Origin: Planctomycetota bacterium
GTDB taxonomy: Bacteria; Planctomycetota; DG-23; DATKVD01
Length of the DNA stretch: 61,290 bases
NCBI GenBank assembly: GCA_037439485.1
Contig: JBBIVY010000005.1
Coordinates: forward strand, 1-61,290
Reading direction: 5' to 3'
The notes under the pieces are model-generated. The model was given only the letters and a program-made list of their open reading frames with translations, had not been told where the DNA came from and did not search any database. Of the stretch, positions 8,520 to 18,254 are shown piece after piece (the first letter of the stretch is position 1; each line of letters starts with the position of its first letter). The translations under genes and the position numbers were made by a program.

Positions 8520-10751
8520 ATGGCGCGCAAGATCGCGTGGGGAATCGACATCGGCCAGACGGCGCTCAGGGCCGTCAAGGCTGTACCTGTCGGCGACCGC
8601 ATCGAGATTCTTGCATTCGACTCTGTTGAATATGATGAAATACTCTCGGCTCCCGACGTCGATAAAGACGCGGTCATCCAGCAGGCTCTGAAGACGTTCC
8701 TCTCCCGCAACCGCATCTCCCGCAGCGACGTGGCGCTGGCCTGCATCCCCGGCCAGTCGGCGCTCATCCGCTTCATCAAGCTTCCGCCCGTGGAGCGCAA
8801 GCGCGTTCCCGACATCGTCCGCTACGAGGCCCACCAGCAGATCCCGTTCCCGCTCGAAGAGGTGGTCTGGGACTACAAGCCCCTCGACAAGACCTACGGG
8901 CCGGCGGACCAGGTTGAGGTGGGCATCTTCGCGATGCGCCGCGACATCGTCCACTCGTTCCTGTCGAACATGCTGGTGTGCGGCATGGAGCCGGACGTGC
9001 TGCAACTGGCGCCGATGGCGCTCTACAACTACGTGGCGTTCGACCAGCCGGGCGGGGCCGAGGCGCAGATCGTCATCGACATGGGCGCGGAGAACACGGA
9101 ACTGCTGATCTATACGGGCTCGTCGGTCTGGCCGCGCTCGCTGCCGATCAGCGGCAACGATCTCACCGAGGCGATCATGCAGCGGTTCAGCGTGCCGTTC
9201 GGCAAGGCCGAGGCGCTGAAGCGCATGGCGAAGCAGAGCAAATACTCGACGCAGATCTACCAGGCGCTGGAGCCGATCTTCCGCCAGTTGCTCGAGCAGA
9301 TTCAGCGGTCGATCGGCTTCTACAAGTCGGTGAACCCGGGCGTGCGCATCACGGGTATTCAGGTGCTGGGCGGGTCGTTCAAGCTGCCGGGCCTGGCGAA
9401 ATACCTCTCCGAAAGCCTCCACCTGCCGGTGAAGCCTCTCACCGAGCCGCAGAACTTCGACATCTCCATGGCGCGCAACCCGCGCCTCTTCGAGGAATCG
9501 GCGCTCTCCTTCGGCGTGGCGCTGGGGCTCGCCGTCCAGGGCTGCGGCATGGGTCGGATGGACATCTCCCTGCTGCCGCCGGAGCTCCTGCAGCGCAAGA
9601 TCATCGCCCGCAAGAAGCCGTGGGCCGTGGCGGTCGCCGCCTGTGCGCTGTTGATGTTCGCGACGGCCTGGTACGCCACCTGGCAGAAGCACAAGAAGCT
9701 GGAGGCGACCATCGCCAAGAAGTATGACGATGGCAGCACCACTCCTCCGACCGCCAATGACTTCATCAACCAGGCCCGCGAGCGCAAGCGCCGGTGGGAC
9801 ACGTTGGTGAACGTCGCCCCCATCGAGAACAAGCTGCAGGAGGTGGAGCATCTCTGGATGGGCCGCGACTTCTGGCTGAAGGCCCTGCACAAGATCTATG
9901 AGCCTGTTCCTGCCGAGCCCAACAACGAAAAGGGCGTCTGGCTCGTCAAGACCGTCTCCATGTCGGTCGATTACGACACGATGTGCAAGATTCAGGCCGA
10001 GGACAAGCTCGGCGAGCTTCCGCCGCCGCTCAACTTCCACGGCAAGGGCATGTCCTTCGAGCCGGGCTGGGCCGAAAAGATCCGCAGTTCCGGCAATACC
10101 GGGCCGGCCATTGTCGAACTCGGCACGCGTACCGTGCGCGGGGGCGAGGTGAAGCATGATGGGCAGTTCGTTCACGTCGTGGCCATCCAGGGCGAGACCA
10201 TCGACCCGCAGGGCGGCTACTACGTCACGAACTCCTTCGTGAAGAAGCTGACGAACGAATGGGTGTGCCCGAACGAGAAGTGTCGCTACCGCGTGCCGGG
10301 CGGGTCGATCGCGCCGCCGGCGAGGTGCCCGGACTGCAACAAGACCACCTTCGCGGACTTCGTGCTGCAGAATCCGCCCCTCCTCGCCGACGTGCGGTTT
10401 GTCGGCTCGCAGCCCGAGGAGCGGTTCGTGGACCTGATGGAGCGCCAGGTTCCGCTGACGGCCCTGGACGACGAGACGGCGAAGACGTGGCAGGAGATCC
10501 AGGCGCGCGAGAAGGACCAGAAGGACGGCAAGATCAAGAACTGGGCCGAAGGCGACAAGGAAGGCCAGCCGCCGCTGCCGCGCCGCGAGAAGTTCCTGGC
10601 GAACCTCGAGCGCGACCGCGGGCTGCGCCTGGAGAAGTTCACGCTCTTCCAGGTGCTGGTGATTGTCGACCCGGCGGGGACGCTGCTGGTGGACGTGGAG
10701 AACACGAAGAAGCGCATGGCAGAGGCGGCCAAGAAGGGCCCGGCAAAGTGA
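8520..10751 (+). CDS. pilM: Type IV pilus assembly protein PilM fused to a PilN-like TM/periplasmic region
   Basis: WGIDIGQTALRAV, RFIKLPPV, EAHQQIPFPLEEVVWDY, IDMGAENT, EQIQRSIGFY, FGVALGLAVQG, then ISLLPPE + TM helix (PilN-like). ATG 8520 follows a G-rich RBS. Confidence 0.88.
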   Translation: MARKIAWGIDIGQTALRAVKAVPVGDRIEILAFDSVEYDEILSAPDVDKDAVIQQALKTFLSRNRISRSDVALACIPGQSALIRFIKLPPVERKRVPDIVRYEAHQQIPFPLEEVVWDYKPLDKTYGPADQVEVGIFAMRRDIVHSFLSNMLVCGMEPDVLQLAPMALYNYVAFDQPGGAEAQIVIDMGAENTELLIYTGSSVWPRSLPISGNDLTEAIMQRFSVPFGKAEALKRMAKQSKYSTQIYQALEPIFRQLLEQIQRSIGFYKSVNPGVRITGIQVLGGSFKLPGLAKYLSESLHLPVKPLTEPQNFDISMARNPRLFEESALSFGVALGLAVQGCGMGRMDISLLPPELLQRKIIARKKPWAVAVAACALLMFATAWYATWQKHKKLEATIAKKYDDGSTTPPTANDFINQARERKRRWDTLVNVAPIENKLQEVEHLWMGRDFWLKALHKIYEPVPAEPNNEKGVWLVKTVSMSVDYDTMCKIQAEDKLGELPPPLNFHGKGMSFEPGWAEKIRSSGNTGPAIVELGTRTVRGGEVKHDGQFVHVVAIQGETIDPQGGYYVTNSFVKKLTNEWVCPNEKCRYRVPGGSIAPPARCPDCNKTTFADFVLQNPPLLADVRFVGSQPEERFVDLMERQVPLTALDDETAKTWQEIQAREKDQKDGKIKNWAEGDKEGQPPLPRREKFLANLERDRGLRLEKFTLFQVLVIVDPAGTLLVDVENTKKRMAEAAKKGPAK

Positions 10752-10787
10752 CGGATTCCGCGGCACGGCCTTGAAAAAGGGCGGCTC

Positions 10788-11690
10788 GTGAACATCATCA
10801 AGGAAAACCTGTTCTTCGTCGTGATGGGCGCCGTGGTGCTCCTGGCGCTGGTCCTCTTCGTTGTTCTCGTTCAGCCGCTGAAGAGCAAGAACGGCGAACT
10901 GGAGGCGAAGGTCCGCGGCCTGGTGGAGGACATGGAAGGCCTCGTCAGCAAGAGCACCGCGAAGAAGATGGTGCTTCCCAACGACGCCGCCCTCGCCGAC
11001 GCCAAGCTCTTCCGCCAGAGGTATGAGGAAGAGGACAACGCCACGGTCGACTGGCTGGCGAAGATGCACCTGAGGGAAAGCCTCGAGAACCTGGAGCCCA
11101 ACCTCGCCGACGATCCGGGCGCCTACAAGTTCGTCTACGACAAGTCCGTTCAGAAGCTCCAGAAGGACCTCGCCGACAAGAAGATCAGCGCCACGGCCGA
11201 CACGTGGCACTTCTGGGACTGGGGCGTGAACGTGCCGAGGGACCCCGCCCAGCGGACTATGGCCGCCCGCGAGCTGTCGCTCAGCACCGAGTTGGTCAAC
11301 ATCGTCTTGTCGCCCAAGCTCCACGTCATGCAGCTCGACCGCCTCGAGGTCAATCCCGGCGAATCGCGGGGCAGCGACTATAAGCCCATGATCCTCGCGG
11401 AGCATCCCGACAAGACGATGGACACCTACTTCGAGGTCTATCCGTTCAGCCTTGAGGTGCGGATGCCGGTCGAATACTATGAGTTGCTCCTGGGCGAACT
11501 GCTTCACCCGGGCGAGGGCGTTCCGATCTGTATTCGCGACGTCAGCATGACGCGGATTGAGGACGACCCGCGCATTGCCGCGCGGTCGATCCCGCCGCTC
11601 TTCATCGGCGTCCGCGTCGACGGCTGGGCGCTCGACTATCGTCGTCAGGGCAAGCCGGCGGCGCCCCGCGCGCCGTTCGGCAGGCAGTAA
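10788..11690 (+). CDS. PilO-like bitopic membrane protein
   Basis: N-terminal TM, coiled coil, C-terminal ferredoxin-like pattern (YPFSLEVRMPVEYYELLLGEL...ICIRDVSM); lies after pilM/N. Confidence 0.6.
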   Translation: MNIIKENLFFVVMGAVVLLALVLFVVLVQPLKSKNGELEAKVRGLVEDMEGLVSKSTAKKMVLPNDAALADAKLFRQRYEEEDNATVDWLAKMHLRESLENLEPNLADDPGAYKFVYDKSVQKLQKDLADKKISATADTWHFWDWGVNVPRDPAQRTMAARELSLSTELVNIVLSPKLHVMQLDRLEVNPGESRGSDYKPMILAEHPDKTMDTYFEVYPFSLEVRMPVEYYELLLGELLHPGEGVPICIRDVSMTRIEDDPRIAARSIPPLFIGVRVDGWALDYRRQGKPAAPRAPFGRQ

Positions 11691-11703
11691 GGGGAGACCG
11701 CTC

Positions 11704-13317
11704 ATGCAAGACCCGAAGCAACTCCTGCTCATGCACGTCGAGAAGGTCGTCCTCGGCGTCATGGCGCTCCTGTTGATCCTGGTGCTGGGCGTCTACAAGC
11801 CCTGGGACGTGCAGGTCCCGCAGGAGGCCAAGGCCTACAATCTGCTCAAGACCGGCATGGAGGAGATGAGGTCGCAGGACCCGAGGTCCGACCTGAAGCA
11901 GGCGCTCGTCGTCAGGCCCTACTCGCAGGAGATCAAGGACCTGTATGACAGCCCCTGGCAGAATGATTCGCCGCCGGTGGTGCTGCCGCAGCGGCAGTTG
12001 ATCTTCGGCCGCGCGAAGAAGGGCACCATCGTGTCGCCCAAGGCCCCGGACGCGCCGCCGGTTGTCGCCGCGCAGAAGGTCATTGCCAGGGCCGAGCGCG
12101 GCCAGGCCGTGATCGTCTTCCAGATTGACGACGAACTCGAACGCCGGGCGCTGGCCGGCACGGCGCAGCCCGACTATCAGGGCGGCCTCGAGTACGACCA
12201 TATCGAAATCTACCGCGTGGACCGCTCCGGCCACACGAAGCCGGTGCTGATCACCCCGGAGAACTGGCGGCCCTCGAACCTTCCTGCCCGTTATGGCGGC
12301 GTGCCCGGCCTCGATCTGGGACCGCGCAGCCTGTTCGGCGAGCCGGTCTACGTCTACGCCCAGATGGCGGGCCCGGACCAGAGGCGGGAAGAGGAGATGC
12401 GCAAGCGCATGGAGGAAGAAATGCGCAAGCGCATGGACGAAGAGATGAAGAAGCGGATGGAGATGGATAAGAAGGATGCGGAGGAACGTGCCAGGCATGA
12501 CGAGGAGATGCGCAAGGGCGGCGGTCAGGGGCCAACTCCTGGTCCGGGGCCTGCCCCGAACCCCACGCCGGTCCCGCCGACCTGGACCAAGCCGGTGAAG
12601 ACGACGGTCAAGCCGGGAGAGGTGCCGCCGGGCTGGTACTATTTTGTGGACGAGAGGATTGACCCGGATGTGAAGTATGAATACAATGTCGTCATCGTTT
12701 GCCGGAATCCGGTCTACTCCAAGTACAGGGAATCGGCCGAGAAGGTTGCGGAGCTGGTGAAGAGCGATGCCGCTACGACGCCCCCGACGAACGACGTTCA
12801 GGTTTCGTCCTACAAGAAGTGGTATTTCCAGGGCGGTTCGAACGCCAACCAGATGGAAGTCGGCGTGTTCAAGGTCCGTTGCTTCGTCGGCGGACGCGGG
12901 GCTTTCTCGCCCGAGGAGATCAAGCAGATCGTGCTCGAGCTGAGCACCGGCGCGAAGGCTGCGCCCGCGAAGAAGAGCACGGAGCCGGAGGGCGAGTGGG
13001 TCGAGCAGAGCTTCAACGTCCGGCCGGGCGAGGAGATCGGCGGGCGGGTGTCGATCCTGGTGGCCGGCGAAAAGGAGAAGCGCGAGGTCGATTTCGCCAC
13101 CGGCTGCGTCGTCGTCGCGATTCAGAACGACGTGCAGGTGTCCGAGGACCGGCGCACGGTGACCGTGCCCGGCACCCTGACGAAGGAAGAGCGGGTGACG
13201 CGGCTGGTCATCCCGAAGCTGCGGCTGGATTACATGGACAAGAAGGGCGCGCTCCGGACGAAGTGGGTCGAGCCGGTGCCGCCGCTGTCGAAGACGAAGG
13301 AAGACAAGGAGAAATAG
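11704..13317 (+). CDS. Membrane-anchored hypothetical protein of the pilus/secretin operon (PilP position)
   Basis: GGGGAG RBS then ATG 11704; HVEKVVLG + TM; FN3-like segment (YFVDERIDPDVKYEYNV); EEEMRKRM repeats and a Pro-rich linker. Confidence 0.7.
   Translation: MQDPKQLLLMHVEKVVLGVMALLLILVLGVYKPWDVQVPQEAKAYNLLKTGMEEMRSQDPRSDLKQALVVRPYSQEIKDLYDSPWQNDSPPVVLPQRQLIFGRAKKGTIVSPKAPDAPPVVAAQKVIARAERGQAVIVFQIDDELERRALAGTAQPDYQGGLEYDHIEIYRVDRSGHTKPVLITPENWRPSNLPARYGGVPGLDLGPRSLFGEPVYVYAQMAGPDQRREEEMRKRMEEEMRKRMDEEMKKRMEMDKKDAEERARHDEEMRKGGGQGPTPGPGPAPNPTPVPPTWTKPVKTTVKPGEVPPGWYYFVDERIDPDVKYEYNVVIVCRNPVYSKYRESAEKVAELVKSDAATTPPTNDVQVSSYKKWYFQGGSNANQMEVGVFKVRCFVGGRGAFSPEEIKQIVLELSTGAKAAPAKKSTEPEGEWVEQSFNVRPGEEIGGRVSILVAGEKEKREVDFATGCVVVAIQNDVQVSEDRRTVTVPGTLTKEERVTRLVIPKLRLDYMDKKGALRTKWVEPVPPLSKTKEDKEK
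12388..12459 (+). repeat. In-frame 24-bp tandem repeat x3 (EEEMRKRM)
   Basis: gaagaggagatgcgcaagcgcatg / gaggaagaaatgcgcaagcgcatg / gacgaagagatgaagaagcggatg. Confidence 0.85.
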
Positions 13318-13442
13318 GGGGACCGCCCTGCGGCGTGCCCGCTTGATTTTCGGCGCCCGGGATCAGTGTGGGGAACCGGGCGTTACGACGCCAAGAACAA
13401 ATCGAGTCACCGACCCGAGTTTCTGTGAAAGGAGGACGTACC

Positions 13443-16400
13443 TTGAGACGGAACTGGTTGGAGAGGGGGGTTGTCGCGTCGGCGCTGGCCATCGGCCTGC
13501 TGGTGGGTGCGGTGCAGGCCTTTGCGCAGGATGCCGAGCCTTCCCTCGGGCAGAAGTACAAGACCGCGCTGAACCTCTATGAACGCGGCGACTACGCGGG
13601 CGCCAAGAAGATGCTCACGGAAGTCAAGGAGACCGTCGAGAAGGAGAACCTCCAGCTCAACCCGTCGACGAAGCAGGAGATCGACCGGCGGTTGGCGGCC
13701 ATCGACGCGAAGCTCCAGGCAGCCCCGGCCGCCGCGACGACTCCGGCGGTGGTCCCTGCGACGCCCGCAACCACCCCGGCGCCCGCCGTCGAGACGCCGA
13801 AGATGGACCCGGCGGTTCTCACCCGCTTCAATGCCGCGGCGGTCAAGTATAATCGCGCGGAGAGCCTGATGCGCGAGCGCGATTACGAAGGCGCCCTGTC
13901 GCTCTTCAACGACGCACGGGCCGAGCTTGATAAGCTCCCGGCCGAGAAGGTGGCGGCGGGCGACCGCGCGAACCTTGACGCCAACATCGCTTCCTGCAAG
14001 GGCGCGATCGAGGCGGCGAAGGTCGCGAAGACGGAGCCGGCCCCGACGATGGTGGCCGATGCCCGCGACACGACCAAGCCGGTCGAGCGGCCCGCCCAGG
14101 ACGCCCCCGCGACGCCTGCGGCCGAGACGCCCGCGACGGCCGCCGCGGCCCCGGCCGCTCCGGCGGCTCCGGTAACTCCGCTCGAAGGAGACAGTGCCTT
14201 CAAGGCGGCGGTCGACCAGGACAAGGTCCGCGTTCAGCTTGAAGAGCAGGAGATCCGGACGAAGCTGGCCGACGGCATGGTCTTCCTGCATGAGCGCGAT
14301 TTCAAGCGCGCCGAGCAGAAGTTCCTCGCCGCCCAGCTCCAGGTGAAGTACGGCGATTTCGACGCGGCCTTCAAGAAGATGTGGCTGGCCCGGATCCAGG
14401 AGCACCTCGACCTCGTCGCGGCCACCCAGGCCCAGGACAAGCAGGAAACCGACATCCTCGCCAACAAGACGGCCAACGACGCGATGCAGAAGCACCTCGA
14501 AGAGATGAAGATCGAGCAGATGCGCCTCAAGCAGCGCCTGGCCGAGCAGTTCAACACCTTCTACGGCCGCGGGCAGTATGACGACGCGCTCATCGTCCTC
14601 GAGCGCATGAAGGCCCTCGACCCCGAGGATGCCTCGATCTCCGAGAAGATCAAGACGACGACCACCAAGAAGCTGCAGATGTGGCGCTACAACGGCAAGG
14701 TGTCGCGCCTGATCGAGGAGGAGAAGCAGTATTCCTCCCAGCAGGAGGAGATGACGCCGTGGTATCCGATCACCAAGTACCCGGACAACTGGAAGGAGCT
14801 GTCGGATCGCCGGTTGCGCCAGGTTCAGAAGCAGCAGGTGCAGGAGAAGCCGGCCGACAAGAAGGTCCGTCAGCAGCTCGAAGAGACGGTGGTCACCTTT
14901 ACGTTCAACGAGCAGCCGGTGCTGGAGGCGATTGATTTCCTCCAGACGCTGGGCAAGGTGAACATCGTCGTCGACAAGTCGAAGCTCGAGGAAGGCAAGA
15001 CGGTCACGCTGAAGCTGGACAACATTCCGCTGGAGACGGCGATCCGGCTCCTGACCGAGCAGCTCGGGCTCAAGTGGATCATCCGCGACGGCGTGGTGTT
15101 CATCTCCGATGCCGACGGCGTGAAGCGTCCGCCGGAGATTCAGACGTATGACGTGCGCGACCTGCTGGCGGACATCCCGAACTTCGAAGGCCCCACGTTC
15201 GAGCTGCAGAACCTGTCCTCGAACCGCGGCGGCTCGTCGGGCGGCGGCGGCTCGGGCGGTGGCAGCATCTTCTCAGACGCCTCCAAGTCGAGCAGTTCCA
15301 GCACCGAGACGACGAAGTCTGCGGAAGAGTCGCTCAACGACCTGATCGAGCTCGTGAAGCAGGTGGTTTCGTCCGGCACGTGGGATGAGGGCAGCGGCAA
15401 CGCCATCCGCGGCCGCGCCGGCAGCCTCGTCGTCACCCACACCCCCGAGACGCAGTCACGGGTGCAGACGCTCCTCGACGACCTGCGCAAGACGCGCGCG
15501 CTGCAGGTGTCGATCGACATCCGCTTCATCACCATCACCGACCAGTTCCTCGAATCCGTCGGGTTCGACTTCACCGGCGTGGGGAACTCCGCGGCCTCGC
15601 CTCCTTATTACATCGACGCGAACGGCGACGGCGTGCCGGATTCGGCGGAGGGCTTCCAGTATGACCGCACGCTGCAGGGCGGCATGACGACGGCCCTGGC
15701 GACCGTGGTGAACGCGGCCGGCGGGCCGACCGGCCTGGGCACGGCGAAGGGGCTGACGGGCACCGGCGGCCTGACCCTGGCGGCCTCCTTCCTGAACGAC
15801 GTTGAGGTCAACTTCATCCTCACCGCCGTGCAGCAGTCGAACCGGTCGACGTTGATGAACGCTCCGCGCCTCACGATGATGAACGGCCAGCGCGCCTACA
15901 TCGCCGTGTCGCGTCAGCAGAACTTCGTGCAGAACGTCACGGCCCAGGTGTCGGAAGGCGCCGTCGGTTACAGCCCCGACATCGGCACCGTTCAGGACGG
16001 CATCGTGTTCGACGTCCGTCCCACGGTGTCCGCCGACCGTCGCTACGTCCAGATGGACCTGCGGCCTTCGGTGGCGGTGATCGAGCGCATCGATAACTTC
16101 CAGACGATCACCACCGGCCTCTTCGGCGGCGCGGTCGTCCAGTTGCCCGTGATCGACGTGACGGTCGTCCGTTGCACCGTCAGCGTTCCGGACGGCGGCA
16201 CGCTCATGATCGGCGGCCTCAACACCGCCTACGATCACGAGGTCAATTCGGGGATCCCGATTCTGTCCAAGATCCCGATCCTCGGCAAGCTTTTCAGCCG
16301 CCGCGGGTTCACGACCGAACGTTCCAACGTGATCATCCTGGTGAAGCCGACGATCATCATCCAGGAAGAGCACGAGGCGGACCTGCAGGGAGCGCCGTGA
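13443..16400 (+). CDS. Secretin (PilQ/GspD family) with long TPR-like N-terminal region
   Basis: AAGGAGG then TTG 13443; signal peptide; STN-like domain (VTFTFNEQPVLEAIDFL), YDVRDLL, N3 domain (LVVTHTPETQSRVQTLL), secretin core (APRLTMMNGQRA, VSADRRYVQMDLRP, VSVPDGGTLMIGG, IPILSKIPILGKLF). Confidence 0.9.
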   Translation: MRRNWLERGVVASALAIGLLVGAVQAFAQDAEPSLGQKYKTALNLYERGDYAGAKKMLTEVKETVEKENLQLNPSTKQEIDRRLAAIDAKLQAAPAAATTPAVVPATPATTPAPAVETPKMDPAVLTRFNAAAVKYNRAESLMRERDYEGALSLFNDARAELDKLPAEKVAAGDRANLDANIASCKGAIEAAKVAKTEPAPTMVADARDTTKPVERPAQDAPATPAAETPATAAAAPAAPAAPVTPLEGDSAFKAAVDQDKVRVQLEEQEIRTKLADGMVFLHERDFKRAEQKFLAAQLQVKYGDFDAAFKKMWLARIQEHLDLVAATQAQDKQETDILANKTANDAMQKHLEEMKIEQMRLKQRLAEQFNTFYGRGQYDDALIVLERMKALDPEDASISEKIKTTTTKKLQMWRYNGKVSRLIEEEKQYSSQQEEMTPWYPITKYPDNWKELSDRRLRQVQKQQVQEKPADKKVRQQLEETVVTFTFNEQPVLEAIDFLQTLGKVNIVVDKSKLEEGKTVTLKLDNIPLETAIRLLTEQLGLKWIIRDGVVFISDADGVKRPPEIQTYDVRDLLADIPNFEGPTFELQNLSSNRGGSSGGGGSGGGSIFSDASKSSSSSTETTKSAEESLNDLIELVKQVVSSGTWDEGSGNAIRGRAGSLVVTHTPETQSRVQTLLDDLRKTRALQVSIDIRFITITDQFLESVGFDFTGVGNSAASPPYYIDANGDGVPDSAEGFQYDRTLQGGMTTALATVVNAAGGPTGLGTAKGLTGTGGLTLAASFLNDVEVNFILTAVQQSNRSTLMNAPRLTMMNGQRAYIAVSRQQNFVQNVTAQVSEGAVGYSPDIGTVQDGIVFDVRPTVSADRRYVQMDLRPSVAVIERIDNFQTITTGLFGGAVVQLPVIDVTVVRCTVSVPDGGTLMIGGLNTAYDHEVNSGIPILSKIPILGKLFSRRGFTTERSNVIILVKPTIIIQEEHEADLQGAP

Positions 16401-16433
16401 TTGGCGAAGTCCGCTTGATTCCAGAGTAAACGT

Positions 16434-16468
16434 CCTGTGGCCCCGCTCGTCGGGGCCACAGGTGTTTT
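16434..16468 (+). terminator. Intrinsic terminator after the secretin operon
   Basis: cctgtggccccg-ctcgt-cggggccacagg (12-bp stem) followed by tgtttt. Confidence 0.8.
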
Positions 16469-16517
16469 CACGCCCGCTTCATTCGCGCTCGGCGCGCGGA
16501 TTTGCAGGAGGTCCCCG

Positions 16518-18254
16518 ATGAGCGATGCCGCCCCGAGCGTTTCGGCCGGGCGTCTGCGGCTCCGGTGGCTTCTTCCCGCGGTGCTGCTGGCGCTTCAGGC
16601 GGCGCTCCTGACCCTCGGCGTCTCGCACAAGACCGCGACTGTCGACGAGGTGATTCACGTCCCCTCCGGCGTTTCCTACTGGCACACCGGCGACTTCTCA
16701 GTGAACGGGCTCAACCCGCCGCTCGCCAAGTTGTGGATGGCCCTGCCGGTCCTGCCGATGCGCCCGGACGTCCCCGCCGCCGCTCCGGGCGGGCTTCGCG
16801 GGCTCGATTACGAGTGGGATTACGGACACGTGTTTCTCGCCTGCAACGAGGCGTCGTACGATGCGATGATCCTTCGCGCGCGCGCGGCGGTGATGGTCCT
16901 CAGCGTCGTCGCAGGGCTCGTCCTCTTCCTCTGGGCGAACCGGCTGATGGGATTCTGGTGCGCGACGCTCGCCCTCGCGCTCTATGTCGTCAACCCGGAT
17001 GTGCTCGCCCACGGGAGCCTGGCCACGCAGGACACCGCCATGATGCTGGCGACGCTCGGGGTGCTCTTCGCGTTCGATTCCCTTGGACGGAGCGGCTCCT
17101 GGTGGCGCGTCGTGCTGCTCGGGGTGCTTCTCGGGGTCGCGTGTCTCGTGAAGTTCACGGGGCTCCTCCTGGCGGTCATCCTGCCGTTTGCGTTCCTTGC
17201 GGGTGTGGCGTTCGGCGGGGAGTTCCGTCTGCCGCTCCGGGCGCCGTTCGACGGGCGATTCGCCGAGGGGCGTCCTCGCCTCGCATGGCGGTCGTTCGTC
17301 GCACTCGTCGCGGCCGCGCTCGTCGCGCTCGTGGTCGTCAACGCGGCTTACGGTTTTCGGGGCACCTGCCGCTCGCTCGACCCGGACTCGCTTTCAAGCG
17401 CGGCCATGCGGTCGGTCGCCCGCAGTCCGCTTGGTGCGCTGCCCGTGCCACTGCCCGCCGTGTACGTGACGGGACTCGACGGCCAGCAGGCCGACGTTGA
17501 ACGCTGCGACACGTGGAATTACCTGAACGGCGAGTGGTCGAAGACCGGCTGGTGGTCCTATTACCTCGAAGCCTTCGCTCTCAAGACGCCGCTCGGCGCG
17601 CTGGCGCTCGTGCTCCTCGGCGCCGCATCGCTCTTCGTCGTCAAGCCCGAGCGCCGGGCGCTCGCCGCCGCGCTGGTCATCACGGCGGCGGTCTTCTGGG
17701 CGGCGAACTCCTTCAGCAACAAGCAGCTCGGCCTGCGCTACATGCTGCCCGTGTTTCCGCTCCTTTTCATGCTCGCCGGGCGCTCCGCGCTCATCGTCGG
17801 CAAGTTGCGCGGGCGATGGGCGATTGCGCTGGCGGTGCTGCTCGTCCTCCTCGCCGGGTGGGCCGCGGCCGATGCTGTTGGCATTTGCCCGGACTATCTG
17901 GCATACTTCAACCCCGTCGCCGGCGGTCCCGAGGGAGGCCCGAGGTTCCTGCTCGACAGCAACATCGACTGGGGCCAGGACCTGTCGGGTCTCGCCGACT
18001 GGCTCCGGCGGGAGAACGTCCCGGGGCCGGTCTATCTCGCCTATTTCGGCGAGGTTCCGCCCTCGCACTGCGGCATTGAGGCGCGGCGCATCTGGCGCGG
18101 GGCGAAGGGCATCGTCGCGGTGAGCGTCAATTATCTCTACGGAATGCCGTACCGGGGCAACCGCGAGGGCGAATTCACCTGGCTTCTTCGCGACCACAAG
18201 CCGGTTGCCGTCATCGGACACACGATTTACGTCTATCGGCTGGAGCGACCGTGA
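16518..18254 (+). CDS. GT-C (ArnT/PMT, GT39-like) membrane glycosyltransferase
   Basis: AGGAGG then ATG 16518; TVDEVIH..SG, NPPLAK, LAHGSLATQD, KFTG, GLRYMLP, DSNIDWGQDL; many TM helices. Confidence 0.85.
   Translation: MSDAAPSVSAGRLRLRWLLPAVLLALQAALLTLGVSHKTATVDEVIHVPSGVSYWHTGDFSVNGLNPPLAKLWMALPVLPMRPDVPAAAPGGLRGLDYEWDYGHVFLACNEASYDAMILRARAAVMVLSVVAGLVLFLWANRLMGFWCATLALALYVVNPDVLAHGSLATQDTAMMLATLGVLFAFDSLGRSGSWWRVVLLGVLLGVACLVKFTGLLLAVILPFAFLAGVAFGGEFRLPLRAPFDGRFAEGRPRLAWRSFVALVAAALVALVVVNAAYGFRGTCRSLDPDSLSSAAMRSVARSPLGALPVPLPAVYVTGLDGQQADVERCDTWNYLNGEWSKTGWWSYYLEAFALKTPLGALALVLLGAASLFVVKPERRALAAALVITAAVFWAANSFSNKQLGLRYMLPVFPLLFMLAGRSALIVGKLRGRWAIALAVLLVLLAGWAAADAVGICPDYLAYFNPVAGGPEGGPRFLLDSNIDWGQDLSGLADWLRRENVPGPVYLAYFGEVPPSHCGIEARRIWRGAKGIVAVSVNYLYGMPYRGNREGEFTWLLRDHKPVAVIGHTIYVYRLERP

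Noticed and set aside
8451-11762. 1103-aa minus-strand ORF (also 40216-44286, 54468-57665, 33290-35281, 51549-53696, 48390-50321)
   Set aside because: Antisense shadows of well-supported genes with no recognisable domains.
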